Shown: positions 1 through 11,578, numbered from the stretch's first letter. The stretch: DNA of 64,000 nucleotides from Microbacteriaceae bacterium (GCA_947378555.1 CANCKM010000001.1:55372-119371); one strand, 5' to 3'. Numbers and translations: made by a program. The notes: generated by a model not told the origin, from the letters alone.

Positions 1-40
1 GTAAAAACAACTCAATGCCGAAATCTGACAAACTACAGAC

Positions 41-1189
41 ATGAAGTTCTTCCGAGTCGAAAAAAATACAGCCCTGGTGGTTCTTGCGGCCGCATTCATC
101 GGTTTTTGTCTGGCTAACAGTTCGCTTGCGGGCTGGATGGTGAATCTCGCCAGCCTTCCGCTTCCGGTTGCTTCGCTCAATCTGAACTTGAGCCTGCAGG
201 GTTGGATTGAAGATTTCGTGCTGGTGGGCTTCTTTTTCTTGGTTGGGCTCGAGTTGAAGCATGAACTTGTCGCCGGGAGCCTAAAGAACCCCGCCCGCCT
301 GCTTGTGCCATCGTTGGCCGCGATTCTTGGAGTGGCAGTGCCGGCACTAACCTACATCGCCTTGACGGCAGGTCACCCTGAGTTGTTTAGGGGCTGGCCG
401 ATCCCAACGGCGACAGATGTGACTTTTTCGCTAGCCGTTTTCCTGATTTTTGGCTCAAGGATGCCAAAATCGGCTCGTACGTTTTTGCTCGCCTTCGCCA
501 TAATCGACGACATGCTCGCGATTCTGATCATCGCCGTATTCTTTGGTGGATCCCTGAACCCGGTCTTCTTGGCCTCCGCAGCGTTTCTAGCTTTGGGATT
601 TTGGTACCTTGCCAAAATTGGGGCCAACGCTTGGATTCTTGTGGCTCTCGGACTATGCGTTTGGTATCTGACCCTAGAGGGTGGAATTCACCCGACAATC
701 GCCGGGGTCGCCCTTGCACTGCTGATTCCAAAAGACAAGTTGGCTCGAACTACAGAGCTACTCCACCCTTGGATAGGGGCGCTGGTTCTGCCGGTTTTTG
801 CCTTCTTTGCGGCGGCTATCCCCCTAGCTGGTATTGCATCAGCCCTTGCGAGCCCCATCTTTTTGGCCGTTATGCTCAGGCCGCTTGGAAAAATCATCGG
901 CGTCTTCAGTGGGGCGATGATTGGTGTACGAGTCCTAGGGACAAGAGCCGATCAGACGGTATCCAAAGTTGATTATTTGGTCACCTCGACCATGGGAGGC
1001 ATTGGCTTTACCGTCGCGCTTTTGGTATCGAGCCTGAGTTTTCCACCAGGTTCAACTGAGCGCAACTCCGCGGCCATAGCTACATTGTTTTCGGCCCTAG
1101 TCTCGATGGGCATTGCCGCCGTCGCGCTTCGACTGAGGTCCCAGCACCTCGCTCGGCAGACCCCGGTTTCGAACCAAGGCCTAGATTGA
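41..1189 (+). CDS. nhaA: Na+/H+ antiporter NhaA
   Basis: Multi-TM ORF with FFFLVGLELKHE, GWPIPTATD, LAFAIIDD, GIHPTIAGV and GIGFT motifs typical of NhaA. Confidence 0.9.
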   Translation: MKFFRVEKNTALVVLAAAFIGFCLANSSLAGWMVNLASLPLPVASLNLNLSLQGWIEDFVLVGFFFLVGLELKHELVAGSLKNPARLLVPSLAAILGVAVPALTYIALTAGHPELFRGWPIPTATDVTFSLAVFLIFGSRMPKSARTFLLAFAIIDDMLAILIIAVFFGGSLNPVFLASAAFLALGFWYLAKIGANAWILVALGLCVWYLTLEGGIHPTIAGVALALLIPKDKLARTTELLHPWIGALVLPVFAFFAAAIPLAGIASALASPIFLAVMLRPLGKIIGVFSGAMIGVRVLGTRADQTVSKVDYLVTSTMGGIGFTVALLVSSLSFPPGSTERNSAAIATLFSALVSMGIAAVALRLRSQHLARQTPVSNQGLD

Positions 1190-2200
1190 CGTCAAAGCGC
1201 CCAACCGTGAAATGGCGCGCAGATATTTCTTTCGATACGCGCCACCAATCATTTCATCGCTGAAAGTCTCGGTTAGGGCTCGGCCGGAACATCTGATCGC
1301 CACTTGGTTTTCATACAGTCGGTCAACAAGAGCTACCCAACGTAAGGCGGCAACCTGATCGTGCAGCTGCTCGACCCCGGTCAACGCCAAAGCCTGGGTC
1401 TCGGCAATCAGATTCAAATACTTACTGGGATGCAGTTTCGACAGGTGCTTGAGTAAGCCTGAGAAATCGTCGCAGGCAACTTCAGAACCACTTTCTTCAG
1501 AGGACTCCAGCCAAGAGATCAGTTCGGCATCGTTGAGCGCCTGAGATTTCACCTCGGCCGGGCGATGCCTGAAGTCCTCGCCATCGATGGTGAGAACGGC
1601 AAAACGATTGGACATCGCAGTTATTTCACGCGCGAAATCAGCCGCGGCAAAGCGGCCCTGCCCAAGCGCGTTGGGAGGAGTGTTTGATGTAGCAGCAAAC
1701 TTCACCCCCTTTGCGTCCAACTCGGAGAGCAACCTGGAAAGCAACATGGTGTCTCCCGGATCATCGAGCTCGAACTCGTCGATGCAAACTAAATCAAAGG
1801 TGCCCAGCACCTGAACCGCCTGAGCAAAACCCAAAACCCCAATCAACCCCGTATAGGCCAGGAAGCTACCAAAAGCCTTCTTGCCCTTGAAATCATGCCA
1901 GAGCGAAGCTAGGAGATGAGTTTTGCCAACCCCGAATCCCCCGTCTAAATAGACTCCGGCGGCTCTAGCCGGCTTCTTCACGCTTGCGTCAAGGGTCACC
2001 GCGACCGGCTTACCCCTAGCAAACTGCTGACACAACTCGGCAGCTCTGGCTTGGGACGGATGATCTGCATCTGGAATGTAGTTGCTGAATCTAGCCCCGG
2101 CGAATTCGCGGGGTGGCACGAGTTGCAGCATGAGTTGCGCGACAGAAACCTCTGGATTGCGCTCAATGAGCGAAGGGTAACTTCCTAAAAGTGTTGCCAA
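1181..2200 (-). CDS. zapE: Cell division ATPase ZapE (AFG1-like)
   Basis: Walker A GGFGVGKT, Walker B CIDEFE, ATSN and KYLRAISRL motifs; TTG start. Confidence 0.9.
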   Translation of the reverse strand: MATLLGSYPSLIERNPEVSVAQLMLQLVPPREFAGARFSNYIPDADHPSQARAAELCQQFARGKPVAVTLDASVKKPARAAGVYLDGGFGVGKTHLLASLWHDFKGKKAFGSFLAYTGLIGVLGFAQAVQVLGTFDLVCIDEFELDDPGDTMLLSRLLSELDAKGVKFAATSNTPPNALGQGRFAAADFAREITAMSNRFAVLTIDGEDFRHRPAEVKSQALNDAELISWLESSEESGSEVACDDFSGLLKHLSKLHPSKYLNLIAETQALALTGVEQLHDQVAALRWVALVDRLYENQVAIRCSGRALTETFSDEMIGGAYRKKYLRAISRLGALTSI

Positions 2201-2290
2201 TTATTTCCCTGCCATTGATAGTGAAGACTTGCACGTTTACGCTAGAACCAGACAACGCAAGTCTAATCTTCTAGCAGAAAGCTCCTTCGC

Positions 2291-3190
2291 ATGCCCGTTG
2301 AGATTGAAACCAACCCAGCCTTTGCCGACTACGCACATCCAGAGGCGTTGGTCAGCACCGAGTGGCTGGCTTCACACCTCGGCGATGCTGGATTGGTGGT
2401 TCTAGAGTGCGACGAAGACGTTTTGCTTTACCAAACCGGGCACATTGCAACAGCGAGAAAAATAGATTGGCACACCGAACTAAATGACTCGGTGACTCGC
2501 GACTACCTAACTTCAACAGCCTTTGCACAACTGCTTGGAAGCAAGGGCATTTCACGCGATTCCACCGTCGTTATATACGGTGATAAGAGCAACTGGTGGG
2601 CCTCCTACGCACTGTGGGTCTTCAAGCTTTTCGGTCACGAAGACGTGAGATTGCTCAACGGAGGGCGTGAGAAATGGATTGCCGAAGGTCGCGAAATAAC
2701 TCGCGAGCTACCCGAGGTCCAGACTGCCGAATACCCAGTGGTTGAACGCGACGATCACACCGACCGTGCCTACCGCGATGAGGTGCTCGCACATATCGGA
2801 CTTCCCCTCATTGATGTTCGATCACCCGAGGAGTACTCCGGTGAAAGAACGCACATGCCAAATTACCCGGATGAGGGCGCTCTACGTGCCGGCCACATTC
2901 CAACAGCCAAGTCGGTTCCCTGGGCTAAGGCCGCAAATGACGACGCAACATTCAAGACTCGTGCCGAGCTCGAGAAGGTTTACTTCGAAGGTGCCGGCCT
3001 AAAATCCGACGATGACGTTATCTCCTACTGCCGCATTGGCGAGCGTTCGAGCCACACCTGGTTTGCATTGAAGTACCTGCTTGGGCTTCCACGAGTTCGA
3101 AACTACGATGGATCCTGGACAGAGTGGGGCAGCCTAGTCGGTGTTCCCATTTCAAAAGGCTCGGAGCCTGGTTCAGTTCTCACTTCATAG
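2291..3190 (+). CDS. sseA: Two-domain rhodanese / thiosulfate sulfurtransferase (SseA/CysA-like)
   Basis: GHI motifs, active-site loop CRIGERS, C-terminal YDGSWTEWG signature. Confidence 0.9.
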   Translation: MPVEIETNPAFADYAHPEALVSTEWLASHLGDAGLVVLECDEDVLLYQTGHIATARKIDWHTELNDSVTRDYLTSTAFAQLLGSKGISRDSTVVIYGDKSNWWASYALWVFKLFGHEDVRLLNGGREKWIAEGREITRELPEVQTAEYPVVERDDHTDRAYRDEVLAHIGLPLIDVRSPEEYSGERTHMPNYPDEGALRAGHIPTAKSVPWAKAANDDATFKTRAELEKVYFEGAGLKSDDDVISYCRIGERSSHTWFALKYLLGLPRVRNYDGSWTEWGSLVGVPISKGSEPGSVLTS

Positions 3191-3198
3191 GAATACAA

Positions 3199-3642
3199 AT
3201 GTCTACCGTTTCAGAAAAACTAATGAGCCTAGTTGAAGACTTTTCAGAGCTTTCGATAAACGATCGCCTCAATTTGCTTTTGGAATTCAGCGACGGTTTG
3301 CCCGAATTGCCTCTGCACCTGGCAGATCACCCGGATCTGCTTGAACGTGTGGAAGAGTGCCAATCTCCGGTTTATCTCTTTGTAGAAATAGACGAAAACC
3401 GGTTTGGTCGCTTGTACTTTTCGGCTCCGAGAGAAGCTCCTACAACCCGAGGGTTCGCATCGATTCTGCATGAACTTCTTGATAACCAGCCGGTGGATGA
3501 GATTTTGGCGATCGACGAGGATTTCATAAATCGACTCGGGTTAGCAGAAGCTATCTCTCCCCTGCGATTACGGGGCATGCGAGCGATGTTGCACCGAGCT
3601 AAGCGGCAGCTACAGGAAAAATCGATTGCCGTTCGAAGCTAG
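3199..3642 (+). CDS. sufE: SufE family sulfur-acceptor protein
   Basis: ECQSPVYL, EAPTTRGFA and LRLRGM motifs; ATG at 3199 preferred over the ORF-track start, which lies inside sseA. Confidence 0.85.
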   Translation: MSTVSEKLMSLVEDFSELSINDRLNLLLEFSDGLPELPLHLADHPDLLERVEECQSPVYLFVEIDENRFGRLYFSAPREAPTTRGFASILHELLDNQPVDEILAIDEDFINRLGLAEAISPLRLRGMRAMLHRAKRQLQEKSIAVRS

Positions 3643-4342
3643 TTTTTCGACTCGATACAGCACTGACGACCCTCAACTCTTTCGCGAGCACCTTCTAGGG
3701 CACTACCTGCCATTTGATGGACTACGAGCCAACTTGGTGATTAGCCCAACCGGGACCACGGTCGATGCAGCAGGTTCGAGCCGCGGTCTGAGTAGCCCCG
3801 AGGACCATCAGCTACTTTTAGCATTGCGGGAAATCAGTGAAGTGGTCATAGTGTCTGCAAAAACGGCCGCAGCTGAGCAGTACTCGGCATCAAAACTTTC
3901 CAGCATCGCCATACTTCAAGGTTCTAGCCCACTTGGAACAATCCCCGCGCTCGACGAAAACCGTGCGGGGTCCAGGCCGGTCTTGCTCGTCTCACATGTC
4001 AGCCAGCTAGCACAAAATCAACATTGGCTCGAAAACCCCAACGTGCAACTTGTAGGCATAGAGTCCGGCAAACCTGGTCAACTGAACCTAGAAGAGATTC
4101 TTAGCCAACTTCAAGCGTTGGGCCTACGACGCCAGCTGCTTGAGGCGGGCGTGTCAATGGCTTCCGAGTTTTTAGAGCAGCAACTCATCCATCGGTTTTG
4201 CCTCTCTACAATTTCAGACTCAAAATTGGATTTTGAACTGCACTCGAAACGCCTAACGGACCTGGGTTCCACCGAGCACAGGCAGCTTATTTCGTGGCGA
4301 TCCTCAAATGGCATCTTCACCGAGTGGGAATGCGTTCGGTAA
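3626..4342 (+). CDS. RibD C-terminal / pyrimidine reductase-like protein (divergent)
   Basis: RANLVIS..G..G.SRGLS...D...L..LR pattern and LLEAG (normally EGG); start uncertain. Confidence 0.6.
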   Translation: MPFEASFSTRYSTDDPQLFREHLLGHYLPFDGLRANLVISPTGTTVDAAGSSRGLSSPEDHQLLLALREISEVVIVSAKTAAAEQYSASKLSSIAILQGSSPLGTIPALDENRAGSRPVLLVSHVSQLAQNQHWLENPNVQLVGIESGKPGQLNLEEILSQLQALGLRRQLLEAGVSMASEFLEQQLIHRFCLSTISDSKLDFELHSKRLTDLGSTEHRQLISWRSSNGIFTEWECVR

Positions 4343-4396
4343 TTGCTGCGGCGTGGCAGAACCCGAGCCTTGTCAAGAGGTCCTAGTCTAAAACCC

Positions 4397-4987
4397 ATGA
4401 TCGAGATTCAGGGCGAAGACTATAAGTCTCCGGAATTTGCAGCTGCTGTGCAGTCGCTGAGACTTGCCTCGACCAGATCAGAACTCGACCTGAAGCAAAT
4501 TAAGTCGCCGGCTAACCTAGCCAAGCACGCCATCGCCTTCAGTGCAGATGTGAAACTATCGGCCGCTCACGGCAGCGGGGACTTAGGCACGGGTCGCTTC
4601 GTTTTGCTTCACGAAGACGAAGTTCAGGAACAATGGGGCTCTAAGTTTCGAGTAATCTGCTTCGCCAAGTCACCGCTCGAAACCGACATCGGAGCCGACG
4701 CCATGATTGCCGACGTGTGTTGGGCCTGGCTCACAGACGCGCTTGCTCAGCGGGCAGCCGATTATGTCGCCGCCTCTGGAACCGCGACCAGAGTCATCTC
4801 CTCGGGCTACGGTGCACTTGCGAATCAGAGCGATCATGCCGAACTTGAAATGCGTTCATCTTGGTCCCCACTGGGAGGCCAGCTGGCAAGCCATTTCGAA
4901 GCCTGGCAAGACTTAGTTTGCATGATGTCTGGGTACCCAGCATTACCTCAGGGGGTAGTAAGTATGGAGTCGAAACTTTCCCGATGA
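4397..4987 (+). CDS. DUF3000 family protein
   Basis: GTGRFVLLH, W..L..AL, SGTATR..S..YG and ELEMRSSW motifs; usual neighbour of RNase D; TAGTCT -10 sits 7 nt before the ATG. Confidence 0.8.
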   Translation: MIEIQGEDYKSPEFAAAVQSLRLASTRSELDLKQIKSPANLAKHAIAFSADVKLSAAHGSGDLGTGRFVLLHEDEVQEQWGSKFRVICFAKSPLETDIGADAMIADVCWAWLTDALAQRAADYVAASGTATRVISSGYGALANQSDHAELEMRSSWSPLGGQLASHFEAWQDLVCMMSGYPALPQGVVSMESKLSR

Positions 4988-6255
4988 CTGATTTACCACC
5001 CGAGCTTCCGCTTCTTTCACAACCGCGCGATAAAAAAGTGCGCTATGTTTCAGATGCCGATCAACTGCAGCAGGCTGTGGCTGACTTGACTGTCGCCACC
5101 GGACCATTTGCCCTTGACGCCGAGAGAGCATCAGGATTTAAGTATTCGCAGAGGGCTTACCTGGTGCAGATTTACCGCCACGGTTCGGCGATTTACCTCA
5201 TCGACGTGACCGCAATCGCCGAGGCTCACGGACCCGAGGCGTTCCAAGATCTCGCCAGTCTGTTATCTACCGATGAGTGGGTGCTTCACGCGGCCAGCCA
5301 AGATTTGCCGTGCCTGGCAGAGCTGGGCTTCAAACCTTCAAGGCTATTTGACACCGAACTCGGATCACGCCTTGCCGGTTTGCCGAGAGTGGGCCTGGGT
5401 GCCGTAACCGAGACTCTGTTAGGACTTCGTTTAGCAAAGGAACACTCCGCCGTTGACTGGAGCATTCGACCGCTCCACCCAGACTGGTTGAACTACGCGG
5501 CCCTCGATGTTGACGTGCTTTTAGATTTGAAAATTGAACTCTCGGAATTGATCGCCGAGCAGGGTAAAACCCACATTGCAGAGGCCGAATTTGATCACCT
5601 AACGCGTTTCAAGCCAAAACCCGCGAAGGTGGACCGCTGGCGAGGAGCCAAGGGACTGCACGAGATCAAAGACACTAGAGCGTTAGCCGTAGCAAGAGCG
5701 CTCTGGCAAGCTCGTGAGGAACTGGGTCAACGACTTGATGTCTCACCCGGTCGTCTAGTTCCGGACTCGTCAATAACAGCTGTAGCTAAGTCAACTCCGA
5801 GATCCAAGCCTGAGCTGTCGGGAATGAAATCATTTGCCGGCCGGGCGAGTAGAAATTACATCGACGTCTGGTGGAAAGCGGTTCAAGACGGTTTGCTAAC
5901 CAGAGATTTGCCAGCGCTGAAGCCCGCTAGCACGGCAATCCCGAATCATAGAATTTGGCCGCAGCGATATCCGGAAGCTGACCTCAGGCTTCGGCAATCC
6001 AGAGCCGTGGTTCTCGAGGTATCGGAAGAACTGAACATTCCGGCAGAAAACCTAATCACGCCAGACTATCTGCGCACAATTTCTTGGCAACCGCCCGAGA
6101 ACATAAGCACTAGAACGATTGAAGAAGCACTGCTAGCACTAGGAGCAAGGCTCTGGCAAACGCAGGCTATCTCAGCAAAAATTGCTGAAGCTTGGCTGAA
6201 AGCCCCTAGTTTGGAAGACGATTCCCCAGATACTCCTGAGGCTCAACCGCTCTAG
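4984..6255 (+). CDS. rnd: Ribonuclease D (3'-5' exonuclease plus HRDC)
   Basis: DAERASG, LHAASQD, FDTEL, DWS and YAALDV exonuclease motifs; ATGA overlap with the upstream stop. Confidence 0.9.
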   Translation: MTDLPPELPLLSQPRDKKVRYVSDADQLQQAVADLTVATGPFALDAERASGFKYSQRAYLVQIYRHGSAIYLIDVTAIAEAHGPEAFQDLASLLSTDEWVLHAASQDLPCLAELGFKPSRLFDTELGSRLAGLPRVGLGAVTETLLGLRLAKEHSAVDWSIRPLHPDWLNYAALDVDVLLDLKIELSELIAEQGKTHIAEAEFDHLTRFKPKPAKVDRWRGAKGLHEIKDTRALAVARALWQAREELGQRLDVSPGRLVPDSSITAVAKSTPRSKPELSGMKSFAGRASRNYIDVWWKAVQDGLLTRDLPALKPASTAIPNHRIWPQRYPEADLRLRQSRAVVLEVSEELNIPAENLITPDYLRTISWQPPENISTRTIEEALLALGARLWQTQAISAKIAEAWLKAPSLEDDSPDTPEAQPL

Positions 6256-8140
6256 CGTGAGGCACCTTGGCTCCAAGAACCTGAGCAACGATGTCATGAG
6301 CGATTTGCTGGGCGGTCAGGCCGACTCTCTCAAGGATTTCATTCCTGGTGGCATGCTCTAAGAACTCATCTGGCAAACCGACCTCGTTTAGGGCGGTGTC
6401 CACCTGAGCCGCACGCATGTCCTGGCGCACCCTGGTTCCGATGCCACCAACCCGAATGCCATCCTCGATAGTGACCACCAGTCGGTGATCAGCCGCTAAA
6501 CCGATAACACTCTTCGGTACCGGCACAACCCACCTAGGGTCGACAACCGTTGCCCCGATGCCCTGAGCCGCAAGCAAACCGGCGACCTGGATTCCGACCG
6601 AGGCCATCGCGCCAACGGTCACAATCAGCACATCTTTGGCTGCCGATTCGTGAAGCACATCGACACCGTCTGAAAGTCTTCTAATGGCCTCGATTTCAGT
6701 GCCCGCGGTGCCCTTTGAGAAGCGGAGAACCGTTGGACCATCACTAATCGCAACCGCCTCGTTGAGCTCCTCACGCAATCGCAGTGAGTCTCTTGGTGCA
6801 CTGATTCTTATGCCCGGCACTATTTGAAGCAGCGCAAGATCCCAAATGCCGTGGTGACTGGCACCATCGGGACCGGTTACACCAGCACGGTCTAGCACGA
6901 ACGTGACACCCTCGCGGTGCAGGGCAACATCCATCAAAACCTGATCGAAAGCTCGATTTATGAACGTGGCGTAAAGGGCCACGACCGGGTGAAGACCACC
7001 GAAGGACATTCCTGCGGCCGAGGTCACAGCGTGCTGTTCTGCAATGCCCACGTCAAATACTCGATCGGGAAACTTCTGGGCAAACTTGTGAAGACCCACC
7101 GGAATCAACATGGCGCCGGTTATTCCAACCAAATCTTCGCGAACAGCGGCTATTTTTGCCACTTCGTCGGCAAATACCGAGGTCCAAGAAGCCCCAGAGG
7201 ATTCTTCTAGAGATTCACCGGTCGCTGGGTCGATTTGACCAACGGCGTGGAACTGGTCCTCTTCATGACTTCTGGCCAAATCGAAACCGTGGCCCTTTTG
7301 AGTGATTACGTGAACCACGACCGGGAATCCATAGTGTTTTGCCTGTGAGAGTGCTTGCTCCATGGCTTTCAGATCGTGGCCGTCAACCGGGCCGATGTAC
7401 TTAAGGTCTAGGTTTGGAAACATGCCTTTTGGTGCGAAGGTGCCAATCAGCCCCTTGCCGGCCCCTTTTATTGTTCCGTAGGCCAATCGTCCCAACAAAC
7501 CAAATCGATCAGAGAGCCGCTTGCCGAATCGAAATAACTTGCGATAGAAACCCTGGGTGCGAATGTCGTTCATGTATCGCGCAAAACCACCGATGGTGGG
7601 TGCATAAGATCGACCATTATCGTTCACGATGATGATCAGCTTGCGATCGTTATCCCCAGAGATGTTATTGAGGGCTTCCCAGGTCATTCCACCGGTCAGT
7701 GCACCATCGCCCACCACGGCGACCACGTAGCGGTCGTTCTGGTTGGTTAGTCGAAACGCCTTGGCAATTCCATCAGCCCAAGATAGTGAAGATGAAGCAT
7801 GGGAACTTTCGACAATGTCGTGGACGGATTCCGAGCGCTGCGGGTATCCGGCTAAACCATTCTTTTGACGCAGGGTGCTCAGGTCACGGCGCCCCGTGAG
7901 CATCTTGTGGACATAGGACTGATGCCCGGTGTCAAAGATGATGGCATCCTTGGGTGAATCAAAAACTCGATGGATTGCCACTGTGGTTTCGACGACACCA
8001 AGATTGGGGCCAAGGTGCCCGCCCGTCTTTGACACGGAAACAACTAGATAGTCTCGAATTTCCTGGCACAACTCAACCAGTTGATCTTCGTTAAGAGAAT
8101 CTAGGTCTCTCGGTCCGTTAATGCCCTCTAGATAACCCAT
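6206..8140 (-). CDS. dxs: 1-deoxy-D-xylulose-5-phosphate synthase
   Basis: GGHLGPNLG, DTGHQSYVHK, GDGALTGG, GIAEQHA and DRAG motifs. Confidence 0.97.
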   Translation of the reverse strand: MGYLEGINGPRDLDSLNEDQLVELCQEIRDYLVVSVSKTGGHLGPNLGVVETTVAIHRVFDSPKDAIIFDTGHQSYVHKMLTGRRDLSTLRQKNGLAGYPQRSESVHDIVESSHASSSLSWADGIAKAFRLTNQNDRYVVAVVGDGALTGGMTWEALNNISGDNDRKLIIIVNDNGRSYAPTIGGFARYMNDIRTQGFYRKLFRFGKRLSDRFGLLGRLAYGTIKGAGKGLIGTFAPKGMFPNLDLKYIGPVDGHDLKAMEQALSQAKHYGFPVVVHVITQKGHGFDLARSHEEDQFHAVGQIDPATGESLEESSGASWTSVFADEVAKIAAVREDLVGITGAMLIPVGLHKFAQKFPDRVFDVGIAEQHAVTSAAGMSFGGLHPVVALYATFINRAFDQVLMDVALHREGVTFVLDRAGVTGPDGASHHGIWDLALLQIVPGIRISAPRDSLRLREELNEAVAISDGPTVLRFSKGTAGTEIEAIRRLSDGVDVLHESAAKDVLIVTVGAMASVGIQVAGLLAAQGIGATVVDPRWVVPVPKSVIGLAADHRLVVTIEDGIRVGGIGTRVRQDMRAAQVDTALNEVGLPDEFLEHATRNEILERVGLTAQQIAHDIVAQVLGAKVPHARAVEPQEYLGNRLPN

Positions 8141-8176
8141 AGTTTTTCCAACCGCTAGCGCCGTGAGGCTATTCCG

Positions 8177-10855
8177 TTAGCCAACCAGACTTCTGAGCAC
8201 GTACTGCAGAATTCCACCGTTTCGGTAGTAGTCTGCCTCACCTGGAGTGTCGATTCTCACCACTGCATCAAACTCGATCACGGCTTTACCGACTGCCGAA
8301 TGAGCAGTAGGTGTTGCCACGACACGAACGGTCTTGGGTGTGTCGCCAGCGTTCAACTCTTCAATTCCGGTTATGTCGAACGATTCGGTGCCATCTAGAC
8401 CCAGCGAATCGGCGCTTTGACCAACTGGGAACTGAAGCGGCATCACTCCCATTCCGATCAGGTTGCTTCGGTGAATACGTTCGAAACTCTCGGTGATGAC
8501 GGCTCGAACACCGAGCAGGCTGGTGCCCTTTGCGGCCCAGTCACGTGATGAACCAGAACCGTATTCCTTGCCTGCCAAGATGACGAGCGGGATGTTCTGT
8601 TCCTGGTAGTTCTGCGAAGCATCGAATATGAAGCTTTGTGGGGCCTCTTCCTTGGTGAAGTCGCGAGTGTAGCCGCCCTCCACGCCGTCAAGCAAAAGGT
8701 TTCTGAGGCGAATATTCGCAAACGTTCCACGAATCATGATCTCGTGGTTTCCGCGGCGAGAACCGAAGCTGTTGAAGTCCACTCGCTTGACGCCCTTTGC
8801 GGCGAGATATTGACCAGCTGGTGAATCAGCCTTAATCGAACTAGCCGGGCTGATGTGGTCGGTGGTTACCGAGTCACCAAGCTTGGCCAATGCACGGGCT
8901 CCGAAAATATCGGTAACCGGGGACGGTTCGCGCTTCATGCCGTCGAAGTACGGGGCCTTTCGCACGTAGGTTGAGTCTTCGTCCCAAGCGAAAGTTGCAC
9001 CCTCAGGGGTTGGAAGTGCCTTCCATCGGTCATCCCCATCAAACACGCCAGCGTACTGGGTTTTGAACATCTCAGAGTTGATCGAGCTGTCAATTGTGCT
9101 CTGCACCTCGGCCGGGCTTGGCCAAAGGTCAGCAAGGTAAACGTCAGCGCCAGACTCATCTTGGCCGAGGGCTTGGGTCTCAAAGTCAAAATCCATCGTG
9201 CCGGCCAGCGCGTACGCGATCACTAGAGGCGGCGACGCGAGGTAGTTCATCTTCACGTCTGGGTTGATTCGACCCTCAAAGTTTCTGTTGCCTGAGAGAA
9301 CAGCCGTCACAGCAAGGTCGTTCAGGTTGATGGCCGCTGAAACACCTTCGTCAAGTGGCCCCGAGTTTCCGATACAGGTCGTGCAACCATAACCCACGAG
9401 GTTGAATCCGAGGCTGTCGAGGTCTTTGGTTAGACCAGCCTTCTCGTAGTAGTCGGTGACAACTTTTGAGCCGGGTGCGAGAGAGGTTTTGACCCAAGGC
9501 TTCGTCTTCAGGCCCTTGGCAACCGCATTGCGAGCCAACAGGCCGGCCGCCATCATTACAGACGGATTCGAAGTGTTGGTGCAAGAGGTAATTGACGCAA
9601 TCGTCACGTACCCGTTGTCCACGGCAAAATCTTTTCCGTGTACAGCAGTTGGGTTGCTCACCGACTCGGTGTAGTTGGCGACGTCCTTAGCGAACGCCTC
9701 CTTTGCCTTTGACAATTCGATGCGGTCTTGAGGGCGCTTCGGGCCGGCAATCGAAGGAACCACGGTTGCTAGATCGAGCTCTAGATACTCGCTGTAGCGA
9801 GGCTCGATGTCGGGGTTATGCCAGAGGCCCTGAGCCTTGGTGTAAGCCTCTACTAGGTCGATCTGAGCCTGTGGGCGGCCGGTGAAACGCAGGTAATCAA
9901 GGGTCACGTCATCGATTGGGAAGATGGCCACGGTTGAGCCGAACTCTGGGCTCATGTTGCCAATCGTGGCCCGGTTGGCAAGCGGAACTGAAGAAACGCC
10001 GGCACCGTAAAACTCAACGAACTTGCCAACTACACCGTGCTTGCGCAACTTCTCGGTGATCGTTAAAACTACGTCGGTAGCGGTTGCTCCGACCGGAATG
10101 GCTCCGGTCAGTTTGAAACCAACAACCTTAGGGATCAACATAGAAACTGGTTGCCCGAGCATGGCGGCCTCGGCTTCGATGCCACCGACTCCCCACCCTA
10201 GGATTCCAAGACCGTTGACCATCGTGGTGTGTGAATCGGTTCCAACACAGCTGTCCGGGTAGGCCTGAAGTTCGCCCGAGATCTCACGAGTCATCACGGT
10301 GCGAGCAAGATATTCGATGTTTACCTGGTGGACGATACCGGTGCCTGGAGGCACGACTTTGAAGTCATTGAACGCGGTTTGACCCCAGCGCAAGAATTGG
10401 TAGCGCTCCCCGTTGCGCTGGTATTCATATTCGACGTTGCGCTCAAAAGCGTCAGCGCTTCCTGCAACATCAATGACAACGGAGTGGTCGATAACCATTT
10501 CCGCCGGAGCCAAGGGGTTGATTCGGTTTGGGTCGCCGCCCAGCTCAGCCACGGCCTCGCGCATGGTTGCGAGGTCGACCACACAGGGAACACCGGTAAA
10601 GTCCTGCATGATCACGCGACCGGGGGTGAACTGAATTTCGGTGTCAGGTTCAGCAGACGGGTCCCAAGCCACTAGGGCATTGATGTGTTCGGCCGTGATG
10701 TTCGCGCCGTCCTCGGTGCGAAGCAGGTTCTCGAGCAAAATCTTGAGGCTGTATGGGAGGGTCTTCGAGTCGACCGAGTCCAACCGAAATATCCGATGGT
10801 TTATACCGTTTACCTCGAGGTTGGACGAAGCGCCGAAACTATTTACCTTGGACAT
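8177..10855 (-). CDS. acnA: Aconitate hydratase A
   Basis: [29 protein letters not shown] and [10 protein letters not shown] motifs. Confidence 0.97.
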   Translation of the reverse strand: MSKVNSFGASSNLEVNGINHRIFRLDSVDSKTLPYSLKILLENLLRTEDGANITAEHINALVAWDPSAEPDTEIQFTPGRVIMQDFTGVPCVVDLATMREAVAELGGDPNRINPLAPAEMVIDHSVVIDVAGSADAFERNVEYEYQRNGERYQFLRWGQTAFNDFKVVPPGTGIVHQVNIEYLARTVMTREISGELQAYPDSCVGTDSHTTMVNGLGILGWGVGGIEAEAAMLGQPVSMLIPKVVGFKLTGAIPVGATATDVVLTITEKLRKHGVVGKFVEFYGAGVSSVPLANRATIGNMSPEFGSTVAIFPIDDVTLDYLRFTGRPQAQIDLVEAYTKAQGLWHNPDIEPRYSEYLELDLATVVPSIAGPKRPQDRIELSKAKEAFAKDVANYTESVSNPTAVHGKDFAVDNGYVTIASITSCTNTSNPSVMMAAGLLARNAVAKGLKTKPWVKTSLAPGSKVVTDYYEKAGLTKDLDSLGFNLVGYGCTTCIGNSGPLDEGVSAAINLNDLAVTAVLSGNRNFEGRINPDVKMNYLASPPLVIAYALAGTMDFDFETQALGQDESGADVYLADLWPSPAEVQSTIDSSINSEMFKTQYAGVFDGDDRWKALPTPEGATFAWDEDSTYVRKAPYFDGMKREPSPVTDIFGARALAKLGDSVTTDHISPASSIKADSPAGQYLAAKGVKRVDFNSFGSRRGNHEIMIRGTFANIRLRNLLLDGVEGGYTRDFTKEEAPQSFIFDASQNYQEQNIPLVILAGKEYGSGSSRDWAAKGTSLLGVRAVITESFERIHRSNLIGMGVMPLQFPVGQSADSLGLDGTESFDITGIEELNAGDTPKTVRVVATPTAHSAVGKAVIEFDAVVRIDTPGEADYYRNGGILQYVLRSLVG

Positions 10856-10897
10856 GAGTCCACTCCTAACAAAATGATTACCCCTATGAATTTACCA

Positions 10898-11578
10898 CTA
10901 GCGTGAGGCGCTCGGGGCGACACGCAACAGCAACCAGGCAAGCCATATGCAGAGCGCGTAGGGAGGGACTCCCATTACGACCCTTGCGATACCGAGGGCT
11001 TCAATTTGGCCCGAAAAGTAAAGCGGCAGCTGAACGGCAAGTCTGGCAACAAAAAGTGCCACAAAAAGCAAAGCTGCGATTGTGAACCTTTGGTATCGAG
11101 GAGCCTTTGCCTTGAGTTGGGTTCGAGCCGCGGGGCTGGCTACCCACCGAATTAGAAACACTAACCAGCCGATGGATAGGACTGCCGTTATAACCGCAGC
11201 GTAAATCCCATTGGTGAAGAAACCCGGAACAAAGTAGTCAGCGGGCTTACCTCCTTCACGAAGCGGCAGGAAGGCGGTAATAGCCACACCTACTAGACCA
11301 GCGATTGCCTGACTCAGTGGCTTGCCCCGCACGATCTGTCGCCCAATGAAACCGACGGCAATCAAGACGGCCGTTATCACGGCGGCGACCGTTGAGTTAA
11401 AAATAGTGAGGACCAGAACGAAGGACAATGCCGGCAGAGCAGACTCTAGAATTCCAACCCATCCCCCGACACGCGCCATGATTGACCGTGCAGTCGGCTC
11501 ATCCGCGTCGCCTGAAATGCCCAAACGACCAAGCAGTCCTTCGGCTAAGCCTTTTGGTTCGGGTTTTTTCTCAGACAT
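10898..11578 (-). CDS. DUF3159 family membrane protein
   Basis: GGW.G..ES.LP, DYFVPG, R..VQLPLY and MGVP.Y motifs; syntenic with DUF3710-dut. Confidence 0.8.
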   Translation of the reverse strand: MSEKKPEPKGLAEGLLGRLGISGDADEPTARSIMARVGGWVGILESALPALSFVLVLTIFNSTVAAVITAVLIAVGFIGRQIVRGKPLSQAIAGLVGVAITAFLPLREGGKPADYFVPGFFTNGIYAAVITAVLSIGWLVFLIRWVASPAARTQLKAKAPRYQRFTIAALLFVALFVARLAVQLPLYFSGQIEALGIARVVMGVPPYALCIWLAWLLLRVAPSASR

